Origin: the human T2T-CHM13v2.0 reference genome, Homo sapiens
Reading direction: 5' to 3' (one strand)
Assembly (NCBI RefSeq): GCF_009914755.1
Contig: NC_060936.1
DNA: 64,000 nucleotides
The notes beneath the pieces are model-generated. The model did not search any database, was not told where the DNA came from, and worked only from the letters and a program-made list of their open reading frames with translations. Positions 39,822 through 51,617 of the stretch are shown piece by piece (within the stretch, counting starts at the first letter, position 1; each line of letters opens with the position of its first letter). Both the position numbers and the translations under genes were made by a program.

Positions 39822-42077
39822 TGATATGGTTGGGCTGTGTCCCCACCCAAATCTCATCTTGAATTGTAGTTCCCATAGTCACCACATGCTGTGGGAGAGA
39901 CCCACATGCTGCTCTTATGATAGTAAATGAGTTCTCACAAGATTTGATGGTTTTATAAGGGGCTTTCCCCTTTGCTTGTGTCACATTCTTCTTCTTCCTG
40001 CTGCCAAGTGAAGAAGGATGTGTTTGCTTCCCCTTCTACCATGATTGTAAGCTTCTTGAGGCCCTCCCAGCCCTGTGCAATGGTGAGTCAATTAAGCCTC
40101 TTTCCTTTATATATTACCGAGTCTTGGGTGTGTTCTCATACCAGCATGAGAACAGATTAATACAGTAAATTAGAACCACAGAGAGTGGGGTGCTGCTATA
40201 AGGATACCCAAAAATGTGGAAGCAACTTTGGAACTGGGTAACAGGCTGAGGTTGGAACAGTTTGGTGGGCTCAGAAAAAGACAGGAAAATGTGGGGAAGT
40301 TTGGAACTTCATAGAGACTTGTTGAATGGCTTTGACCAAAATGCTGATAGTAATAGGGACAATGAAGTCCAGGCTTAGGTGGTCTCAGATGGAGATGAGG
40401 AACTTGTTGGGAACTGCAGTAAAAGTCACTCTTGCTATGCAAAGAGACCAGCAGCATTTTGCCCCTGCTGTAGAGATTTGTGGAATTTGACCTTGAGGGA
40501 GAGGATTTAGGGTATCTGGTGGTAGTAATTTCTAAGCAGCAAAATGTTCAAAAGTAAGTAGAGCATAAAAGTTTGGAAAATTTTCAGCCTAACAATACGA
40601 TAGAAAAGAAAAACCCATTTTCTGGGGAGAAATTCAAGCTTGCTACAGAAATTTGCATAGGTAATGAGGAACCAAATGTTAATCACCAAGACTGTGGGGA
40701 AAATGTCTCCAGGGCATGTCAGAGACCGTCACAGCAGCCCCTTCCGTCACAGGCTTGGAGGCCTAGGAGGGAAAAATCATTTCCTGGGCTGGGCCCAGGG
40801 CCCCCCTGCTGTGTGCAGCCTCAAGACTGGATGCTTTGTGTCTCAGCCACTCTAGCCATGGCTAAAACGGGCCAAGGTACAGCTCAAGCCATTGCTTCAG
40901 AGGGTGCAAGCCCTTAGGCTTGGAAGCTTCCACATGGTGTTGGTCCTGCAGGTGCATAGAAGGTAAGATTTCAGGTTTGGAGACCTCCACCTAGATTTCA
41001 GAGGATGTATGGAAATGCCTTGATGTCCAGGCACAAGTCTGCTGCAGGGTGGAGCTCTTATGGAGAATCTCTGCTAGGGCTAGGGCAGTGCAGAAGGTGA
41101 ATGTGTGGTTGGAAGCTCCCCACAGAGACCCCACAGGGGCATTGCCTAGTGAAGTTGTAAGAAGAGGGCCACCATCCCCTGGAACCCAGAATGGTAGATC
41201 CACCAACAGCTTGCATTGTGCACCTGGAAAAGCTGCAGGCACTCAATTCCAGCCCATGAAAGCAGCCAGGAGGGGGGCTGTACCATGCAAAGTCACAGGG
41301 GCAGAGCTGTTTAAGGCCATGGGAGCTCACTTCTTGCATCATTGTGACCCAAATGTGAGACATGGAGTGAGTCAGCTTTTGGAACTTTAAAGTTTAATGA
41401 CTGTCCTACTGGATTTCAGACTTGCATGGGCCTGTAGCCCCTTTGTTTTGGCCAATTTCTTCCATTTGGAATGGGTGTATATACCCAATTCCTGTACCCC
41501 CATTGTATCTAGGAAGTAATTAACATGCTTTTGATTTTACAGGTTCACAGACAGAAGGGACTTCCCTTGTCTCAGATAAGACTATGGACTTGGACTTTTA
41601 GGTTAATGCTGAAATGAGTTAAGACTTTGGAGAATCGTTGGGAAGGGCATGATTGTATTTTGAAATGTGAGGACATAAGATTTGGGAGGGGCTGGGGGTG
41701 GAATGATATGGTTGGCTGTGTCCCTACCCAAATCTCACCTTGAATTGTAGTTCCCATAATCCCCATGTATCATGGGAGGGGACCTGATGGGAGGTAATGT
41801 AATCATGGAGGCTCTTACCCCTGTGCTGTTCCTGTGATAGTAAGTTCTTATGAGATCTGATGGTTTTATAAGGGGCTTCCCTCTTCGTTCAGCTCTCATT
41901 CTTCTCCTTTCTGCTGCCATGTGAAGAAGGATGTGTTTGCTTCCCCTTCCACCATGATTGTAAGTTTCCCAAGGCCTCCCTAGCCCTGTGGAACTGTGAG
42001 TCAATTAAACCTCTTTCCTTTATAAATTATCCTGTCTCAGGTATGTCCTTATAGCAACTTGAGAATGTACTAATACA
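39822..42077 (+). mobile_element. Full-length THE1 (THE1C/D-type) provirus: 5'LTR 39822-40164, internal 40165-41703, 3'LTR 41704-42077
   Basis: Two tgatatgg...taataca LTRs; purine tract gggaggggctgggggtggaa before the 3'LTR; internal region colinear with the other THE1 copies. Confidence 0.95.
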
Positions 42078-42275
42078 CTGTAAGTTTCATGAAGAAATGA
42101 TCACATCAGGTAAAGTTGTGTTTGGTGACCAGAAGGGGCCCACCTTCACTGCAGAAGCAGAAGAAAATGAATGAAGGACTAATAGAGATACATAAATGTG
42201 CACAGGTAATCAAGATGTTGTGGGAGTTCATGCCTGATCTGATGGCATTAATTTTTAATTTAAATAAGCCAGGTT

Positions 42276-42591
42276 AGTTGGGAGTGTGGCTCATTCCTGT
42301 AAGCCCAGCACTTTGGGAGGTCTAGTTGGGAGGATCGCTTGATGCCGGGAGTTTGAGATCAGCCTGGGCAACATGGTGACCACAAAACATGGTCACTACA
42401 AAAAAAAAATACAAAAATTAGCCAGATGTGGTGGAACATGCCTGTAGTCCCTGCTATTTGGGAGGCTGAGGTGGGAGGATCACCTGAACTTGGCGAGGTA
42501 AAAGCTGCAGTGAGCCATTATTGTGCCACTGCACTCCAACCTGGGTGACAGAGTGAGACCTTGTCTCAACAACAACAAGAACAACAACAAT
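42276..42591 (+). mobile_element. AluJ with (AAC)n tail
   Basis: gggaggatcgcttga...cagcctgggcaacat...gctgcagtgagcca; TSD aagccaggt. Confidence 0.93.
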
Positions 42592-42906
42592 AAGAAGCCA
42601 GGTCAACTGCAGGGGGTGATTGAGGATATTTAGGGAACTTAAGGTTAAGGGATGATGTTAGAACTGTAATGGAGGAGAGGAAGATACCAAGATATGTGTG
42701 AAGAGCTTACTGGACAGGCCTTGGGGTCCTGCTGAAATTGAAACATATAAATATGTAGTGGTATCAATCTGTACAATTAATCCATGTCCCTTAGCTCTAT
42801 TTAATGCAATAATTGCATAGTCCATTCCAAGTTTGGAATTTTCAGACTTCTTGTTGCAAGAAGACATAGGCATGAGGGACTTGAGATTGTTAGTGATTGA
42901 TTATAG

Positions 42907-43102
42907 ATGATATTAATATTTATTGAGTACATATGATATGTTAGTAATTGTACTTAGTACGTTATATACGTTGCCACATTTAAACCTTTTTTTTCTATGA
43001 GGAATAAATATTGTTGCCACTTTCTAAAAACCAACTGAAGATTCAGGTATGTAATTTTCTCAAAATAGATTTACCATGATGTAGTGTAACTGGGATTTGA
43101 GT
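42907..43102 (-). mobile_element. MIR SINE fragment
   Basis: taatatttattgagtacatatgatatgttag...cacatttaaacc...ctatgagg...ctgggatttga. Confidence 0.6.
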
Positions 43103-44155
43103 GAAGAAACATTGCAGCTGAACAGAGAAAAAAAGTGAGGCTAAAAAGGGCTCATAGTTTAGGAGAAGATGTATCAAGAGACTAACCAGTCTCAAGAGGA
43201 TTCCAGGACAGGATTGATTGAAATAAAATATTTTAGATTGCGTGAAATACAGGGAACTAATTGGTAAGTAGAACATCAATGTTTAAGCCTCTAGTGATAG
43301 AGGCATTCAGAGTGGCCATGAGATCCAAGTTGGAAATGGTTTTCTGAAATGAGAGTTGAAGTAGAGATCATGAATTCTATGGATAGATTATTGATTGTGG
43401 TGCATAGGTATTGATTATCAATATTGATTTTGGTGGGATTTTGGAATCAGGAGAAATGGATTTTGAAGGAATAACCTAAAAGTTGATGAGTCCTAGTATT
43501 CAGAGTGATACAGATTAGTGAAGTGAATGTAAGTGAAAAAGAAGAATTTTTTGCATGAAAGTGGAAAAGTAATGACACAAAAGCCACAAAATGGAAGTAG
43601 GATTATTCTGAGCCTCTATCTTGATCTGAATGCATGAAGACGATGACTTATATAAATCAGGCTTTTAAGGAGAAAACAATTTGGAGACAAACTAATGTCT
43701 CAGGAATAAGGAAGTTTGCTTATTAAAAAATGGGAGTCATAGAGTGTACAATGGACAAGGTTGAGAAGGACATCAAAAGGAGTGTGGTAGGGTGGAGAGC
43801 ATGAACCAAAAGGGAAAAAGTGCATAGCTGTGTAAGCGAGGGATTGCGAAAGAGGATTAGTGATTAGAGGAAACAGTTTATTTGGGGCTTGAGAGTGAGA
43901 GACAAGAGGCATCAGTGGAATTTAGTGGCTTTAAATTTGTAAACAGAGCTTTGGTTTAAAGGTGTTTTGCTATTTCATTTCCAAATACTGCCATGACCTG
44001 ACTTTCAACCACATTATTATTTGAGCTAAGTGAGGATGACAATGTTCAAAGTTCAGTGGTGCTTGGGGCTGATACAGGAGTCTTGTTGGTCAGATCAGTG
44101 GAAGATTTGGATGATATTAACTGGATCTATACCTCTGGTTTTGTGGCCTTACTTA

Positions 44156-44479
<324 letters not shown>

Positions 44480-45184
44480 AAAAGTTCTAAAAATATTAGT
44501 AAAAATTTTATAGATATTTGTCTAATATTTCACTTTTTCAAGGCATTGCATTGTATTAATTTAATATTTAGTGTTTAGGATTTATATATATCATCTTTTT
44601 TTTTGCTTATTAGAACAGATACCCCCTTGATGATATTAATTTCCATTGTTAAATTTTAAAAGGGTATAGTCTTACCTGAGCACTTAAATAACTGTAACGA
44701 AAATTTAAATTGGGTCTGTAGATTTACTTGTTTCACAAGACATGAAAAAGAGTGTGTGTCTTATTCAAAATAAAGGAGATATGGTATTATGAAGTGAATT
44801 CTAAGCATACAATTCATCAAAGTTTAGCACTAGAAGTGTTTTTATACACCACATAGTCCAGACACCTATTTATGGCTGATGCATATCCATTTGGTGTCTT
44901 TTCATGAAAGATATTTCTTCTAACTGGTATTGTGGAAACAGTGAGCAAGATCAAAGTTGGAATATTGTCTCTACCCTTAAAGCTGTATACCCCTGAGAAC
45001 TTGACTTCTCCAAGCAGAGTATTTCCTCTTTTGTAAAATGGAGATGTTACCATTATCAAAGAGTGATTGAGAGGACTAGAGTGCCCATTTTACTTTTAGA
45101 TATCTTTGACTATGAGGTCATACTTATACTGAACAAAAATCTATCTCTCTGTAGTTCAGTGAATATATCTATTCACATATAGTT

Positions 45185-45370
45185 ATGTCCCAGGAATGGA
45201 TCTGCTTTGGTATCCCTGCTGTGCTCAGGCGTGGGTTGGGAGGTGCCTGTGGGAAGGGTGGACTCCATGCAAATTCAGCAATGGATTTCAGAGCTCAGAA
45301 GCTTGAGCCCTTGGTCAGTTATACTCCCTCTAGTTGTAGGTCTTTGAGGCACATGCTTAAAAGCACCACA
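45185..45370 (-). mobile_element. Ancient ERVL LTR fragment (LTR40/LTR41-like)
   Basis: ggatttcagagctcagaagcttgagcccttggtcagttatactccc...gcaccaca; family recalled with low certainty. Confidence 0.5.
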
Positions 45371-48300
45371 TCATATTTGTCTATCTTAATTGTATGTAAA
45401 AATAAAATTGCTAAAAGCTCTAGTGTACTATTTGCTTTATAGAGTGAAAGATAAATGTAAATTTTGCTATGGGGAGATGGTAGCTAAAAGAAGCTACTAT
45501 TTTTGCTTCTCTCTTACTCCCATGCAGAGCCCTTCTCAAAACCACCCATGCTTCCCTCAGAGTAAGGTGATAAACTGAGCATGGCAACATTCCAAGACAA
45601 GCTCGGTACAATTTGCCTTTGCAGTGTGTCTTGGCTTTGCTCCTCTTCGTGGTTAATTTTCAATACACCACTAAACAAATTATATTTTTTCAATGTTTAT
45701 TGATTTTTCTTTCATCTTTGACTTCCTCAATTAGGAAAAGGGTAGGCTATGAATGTCTCTATAACAAAGAAGTGAGAACAAGATTAGTGAACTCAATAAT
45801 TTTGTTAAAGTTTTGAGATCAAAGCTTATTGTCCTAGTGTTTTTCTTACTCATTTTCAGTATATGATGATGTAGGCCATTTCCTTAGATTCCATTCATGT
45901 AACTGTATTACCCTTGCTTAGAGATTTTAAGTTATGCTACTTATTAAGGAGTACCATAGAATTTCTTATGTCAGCCATGAAAACAGCTGTATACTGTAGC
46001 TGTAAATAGTGTTTACAGTTATATACATGTAGCTGTTTGTAACATGGCTTTTTAGAATCTGTCTCCAGTGACTTTCAAACATCACCTTTGCTGGTTATGT
46101 AAACTTAAAACAATGGATTTGCTTTTGGACATCTAAGAGTATGATGTGGTGTCTCATGCCTGTCATTTACCAGCAAAAGAAATGTTACTCTTCAGCTTTG
46201 CCACAATGCCCTCACATTCTTCAACCTTGAGTTAGTCAGCCACTTATCAGCTGATGTGATTTTACATTTTTGCCTTGATCATTAATCATTCACTCTAAGT
46301 TCTCCATTTATAGCGTTTGCTAGTTGTTTCCAAACAAACATGCTTTCTGGGCTTGAGGAAGGGAAAAGCAAAAAAGATTTAAAAGAAGATAGTAGATGGT
46401 TTCACAGTTATTTTGGCTTTATTACTAATGCTAACTACTGTCATAAGGTATAGAACTAAGCTTGAGGTATTAATAAATATTTTATTCAAGGAACTTTTTT
46501 TTCAGCCCTAATGAGAATTTATAAACATGATTGGATGGTGCTGTTGAGTTAAAGGGAGAAACTCTCCTTATAGAGTAGATTGTTTGCTGATTTTCTGAAA
46601 ATTTGACCTTGGATTTACATAGTTTTAAATATTCCTTTTAGATTTACTGTGGTTTCTAAAACAGTCTCTTATTTTTGGAGGACATTTATTTATTTTGTGA
46701 AATAAGTTAATAAAATTACATATGTCAGCTGACATAATTTTTCACTTTTATTATTCTGTAGATAATAATCAACCAGGTGTAAACATGAGTAACATATTTC
46801 CCCTATTATATCATACATTCCTAGCCCTTTGAATGAGCACCTTTGCAAAAATATATTTCATTTCTGTTTTGATTAAAATTTGTTTCATGAGTTGGAAGAG
46901 ATCATGAACCCTGGGTAATGCATTTCGTTGTAACTAAAATTCTTAAGTCAATTAATTATGAGTTACACCAGACATGGAACTTTATGACACCCAGAGTATT
47001 CTATTAAAATAGCAGTATTGAAATAGCTGCTGGCCCTTTCTAAAAAGTATGACCATTTAAATCACCTAAATAATGATCTCTGAAATTATAGAATTAAAAA
47101 TACCATACTATTTCCTACCTGATAATTGGATGAGAAATTAGACATTAACCTAGCCTTCCAAAGGCCTAGAGATTCCTTTTTTTTTCTTTCCTGTTCCTTC
47201 TTATATGTGTTAATTTTATATTCAGTAAAACAGATCAAGGAATTTCTCTTAGTTTATGAACCTTTCTAGAAAAGTAAGTATAGCATATACTTTTGCTGTT
47301 GGTTTTATATTAAAGAAATTATGAAAAAGTTGCCTTTTAATATAAATAAAAGTCTTTGTAGAACTTATCTGTGATTTACACATGCATGCTTCAGAAGGTC
47401 AGGTATTCTAACTTTTGTACAAGGTGAAGGTTACTTGGAAGATGAAAAGGCATGCCGAAACAAATAGAAAACATTTTACTTCATTTTAGCTACCTTTCTT
47501 TTTAAAAAATCTTTATTTGGTAGACATGATTATGGAACTGTCAAATTACTGTTTATTGTTTTACATATTAGCCCACAAACATATAACTTTTAAGGTTTGC
47601 TCCTGTTTAAAAGAAATAAAATCACTCTTTAAGACAAATGAAACTTTTACTGCACTATTTTTGCAGAACAAAATACTGTAAACTAAAATTAACTGTAATA
47701 TTCTAATGTTGTAGAGAAAAACCAGGGAATTTCTAAAGTCACGTTGTTAAAAGAAATTTTTAGTTGATGAATAAAAAAGAAAAGAGAAAGAAAACTTCCT
47801 TAACTAATGATTCTCAAATATTAGTAATATTATTTTATTTCACATGAGAATCAAAATGTGGGAGATCTTGCTTTTTAGGTATGAGGTAAGAAATATAATT
47901 ATGCAGACAAAAATGGATTACAGCAAAAATACCAATTTGTCACCATACCTATACATGAAATAAATTCAAAGTTATATAATTTTAGTGGTAGCTACTGAAT
48001 CAGAAAGTTAGAGTAAGATGTTATATTTTAAAAATATTTAGTATATAAATTTTAGTTATTGTGGTATAATAATACCAGTAATTTTGTGAAGTATATCTTA
48101 ATGCTAATTCTAAATTCAAGTGAATTTAATTATTGTTTTAAGGAGGTATTTGCATGTAAAATTCACAAGTTTTTGTGCAATTTTTACTAAATTACCATGT
48201 ATATACATGGTCTACTTATTATAGTTTTGGAATTTACAAAGTAAACAATTGATTATCAGCCTAAAATTCCTTCCATTTTAGATTACAATGTCAAGGTTCT

Positions 48301-48648
48301 CTGGTTAAATCGCGTAACATTACAAGTGCTATCGAAATGACCTCAGACTATTTCTGTTCTGTTTTCTTTGGCCTTACTCATGTGATTTTTTTATATTTTA
48401 AAAACCTTTGCACTGCACTGTACTACTGTAGAACAATCTAATTTTTCTTGATTACATCTCAAAGTTGATTATATTGGTTTAATAATAAGATAAATATCAG
48501 AATTTGTATACTTAAACTTATTTTTTAAATAAAGAATCAGCAGGGATCTGTTCATCTATATATTCCAATTTTTTTAACTGTCTTAAGTAGCAATATTAAT
48601 GTTAATTAATGTTATTATTAATAATTATATTTTAATCAACTATTATGT

Positions 48649-48751
48649 GGTGCCATAGTTATAACATAGGGTTAGTGGTGATGTGAACAAATTTAACTAA
48701 ATAATCTGTATCTAAAGGAGTCTTTAAATAGAACCTTGGAGCTTTAAGAGA
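48649..48751 (+). repeat. Local direct duplication, copy 1 (copy 2 at 49421-49527)
   Basis: ggtgccata...gtggtgatgtgaaca...tttaactaaataatctg...cttggagctttaagaga, about 90% identical by manual alignment. Confidence 0.92.
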
Positions 48752-49420
48752 AGAGTTAATAGTTAATAGTTATTAATACTTAATAATATTAACTATTAAT
48801 AACAATTATTATAATCAATAACAATTATTCAGTCAACAATTTATTATTCATGTTGTTGTCATTTCATTGCCAAACACTATATGTATTGATATTTTACAAA
48901 TGTTAACTAGCTTAATTCAATAGTCACAATTTTGGGGTAAATACTAGTATACCTTTGTTTTCAAGTAAAGAAGTTGGACAGAGAAATGAAAAACTTGTTT
49001 CAAGGTTCATATCATCAAAGAACATACAAGAACTGATGATTAAACATTGGTTATATTTTTGTAATATTTCTGATGTATTGTTAAACCTTATTTGTCTCAC
49101 TGAAATGTTGCTTCAATTTTTAATTAAGACATTAATGTAAATAGTTTTAATGTATTTATGTAAAAAATTTCAAGATATTACTTTATAAACACACACATAG
49201 GCATGCACACACACACACACACACTCACACTCACATATATTTTTGTACCAAAAATGGAGAGAAACATCACTCAAAAGTTAAAAACAAGCTATTGGTTTGA
49301 AATCCCAAAGATGGTGGACTGAAATGAGTCTCTCTGATGTTTTGGCACGAAATCCTCTGCACCTTGAGAAATTGTACTTGGGACAGAAAATATAAAGGCA
49401 GGCACAAATAAAGGCAGGCA

Positions 49421-49527
49421 GGTGCCATAATTATAACATGGGGCTAGTGGTGATGTGAACACATTTAACTAAATAATCTGTTTATATCTAAATGGTCCTT
49501 TAAATAAAAGCTTGGAGCTTTAAGAGA
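49421..49527 (+). repeat. Local direct duplication, copy 2
   Basis: See 48649-48751. Confidence 0.92.
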
Positions 49528-50722
49528 CAGTAAATAGCATTTTCAGCCAGCAATAGAAAGCTACATGTTATTAAGTCTTTCAGATATGGAGTTGGATATA
49601 TTTTTCATTTTTCTAAACATGCATTGAAATATTTAGATGGTTACTATATTCTTTGATTCTTCTAGGAGTCAATCTTAAGATGTGATACTTTCCTGTGAAA
49701 CCTGAAACAAGGTGATCTGGGGAACCAAAGACTCTGGGACTCTTGGTGCCAACAGAGTTACTCTGTGAGTATCCTTGGTGTGTAATGATGTTTTCTTCCA
49801 TCTAGCTCTTGTAAGTCATGCTGTTTATGCAATTGGTAAATCTTAATGTGAATGGTAGTATTGGCATGACTACTGTTTTAATCCATTTTCTAAAATAGGA
49901 CATATCTTAAAGTTGGTACTTTTAGCTTCTAGTGTTTCCATGATCCAATATACTGTGTGATCTTGGTCAAGAGACTAAGTCTCAGTTTCTCTGTATATAA
50001 AAAGAAGCTAAATATAAACTTCCTTCATTTAAATGATTATAAAGTAGTAAATGATAAAGTTTCAATAATAATAATAGAATTATATTCTATTTTTATTACT
50101 AGCATGAATTCTGGTTTTAAAATAAACGAGAAAGCTAGAGGTATATACTTTTAGTTATTTACCTTTATCATTGGCACTTTTTAAAAAAACTACATTTTGA
50201 ACAAAAATGATCATATTGGGGTTTTTTTACGTTCATATTTTGTTTGCAAAGGGCTTTATCACTGTGTTTCCACACTCATGATTCAATCTGATTTAATCCT
50301 TCATACAATCTTGGTCTAAAGCAGGTCAGGGATTTCAATCCTCGCTGTGCAGATGAGAAAACTGATGCTCAGCATTGTGTCTTGCTGAAGACTGCATAAC
50401 TTATAAGGGAGATAATTTAAAATCCAATGTTCTTATAAACAGTCTATACTCTTTTCTGTAGACTGTTCTTATAACTAGTCTATACTCTTTCAAATGAATG
50501 TAACCAACTGTATTCAATTTGTCAAATTTGTATTTTTGCATTAGATTGCTACGTATTTTAACTAGCTTATAAGAGTAGTATGGTAAATTTACAAAGTTAT
50601 ATTACCTGTTTGTTGTGAACAATTCCTAGACCAACTGTATGGTTGTATTCTGTCTTCTACCTCTGTTGTATCATGTACTCTGTCTTCTACCTCAAGTTCA
50701 TGAACAAATCTTGGTATATCTA

Positions 50723-51181
50723 TGTAGTAAACAGAATAATGGACCCCCACATTTTAATCTCTGCCACTTCTGAATATGTTATGTTACATGGTAAAGGGAG
50801 AATTAAGGTTGCAGATGGAATTAAGGTTGCTAATCAGGTGACTTTGAAATTATCCTTGATTATGTGCATGGGCCCAGCGTCATCACTAGGATCCTTATAA
50901 ATGAAAGAGAGAAGGCAGCAGGAAAGATGCTCAGTCCAACCTTGACAGTTTGTTGATGTAGGAATGCAGCCAGAAGCCAAAGAATGCCAGTGGTGGCTTT
51001 CAGAGTATGGAAAAGCAAGGAAACAGATTCTCTCCTAAACCTTCCACTCACACCTTGATTTTAGTTCAGTGAGACCCATTTCAGACTTCTGACCTTTGAA
51101 ATTGTAAGATAACAAATTTGTGCTGCTTTAAGCCATTGTATTTGTGGTTGTTTGTTACAGCAGCAACAGAAAACAAATACA
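50723..51181 (+). mobile_element. MLT1D-like solo LTR
   Basis: tgtagtaaacagaataatgg...gaattaaggttgcagatggaattaaggttgctaatcag...ggaaacagattctc...gttacagcagcaacagaaaacaaataca. Confidence 0.9.
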
Positions 51182-51389
51182 GCTCAACACTGTGAAATTA
51201 CAGACAGCCTCAGAGTAGAAACAGCGGTTTATGCCAAGAGGTTATTAGGTCAGTCATAGGGGTATTTGCTGCTTTGATTGAATTTTTTGTTCCATGTTAA
51301 GTATGCTCATAGGGCTAGGTTGTAATATGTCATATGGTTCCTTTTAGATACATAGTTTACTAAGGGAACCAGCTTAACCCTGCCTGTTC

Positions 51390-51617
51390 TTATTAAGAGT
51401 ACAGAATATGGATCTTGGAGTGTTAGGTTCAAATGCTGCCTCTGATGCTTACTAATTATAATCTGAGCATCAGTTTTTTCATCTGTAAAATGAGGACAAT
51501 ACAAGTTCTTTATAGGGCTGTTGTGAGAATTAACTATTAATTTGTGTTAAGTACTTAGAATATTATTAATACTTGGCATATTGTAGGGACTAATTAAGTG
51601 GTAGCTATTATTATTAC
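51390..51617 (+). mobile_element. MIR SINE
   Basis: tctgagcatcagttttttcatctgtaaaatgaggacaat...atagggctgttgtgagaattaa...gtagctattattatta. Confidence 0.88.

Noticed and set aside
40573-41390. 100-160 aa ORFs in THE1 internal regions as functional genes
   Set aside because: Fragments of the decayed MaLR ORF, broken at different positions in each of the three copies
42600-43950. Purine-rich stretch, possibly antisense L2 ORF2 body
   Set aside because: Composition fits but I could not anchor boundaries by eye
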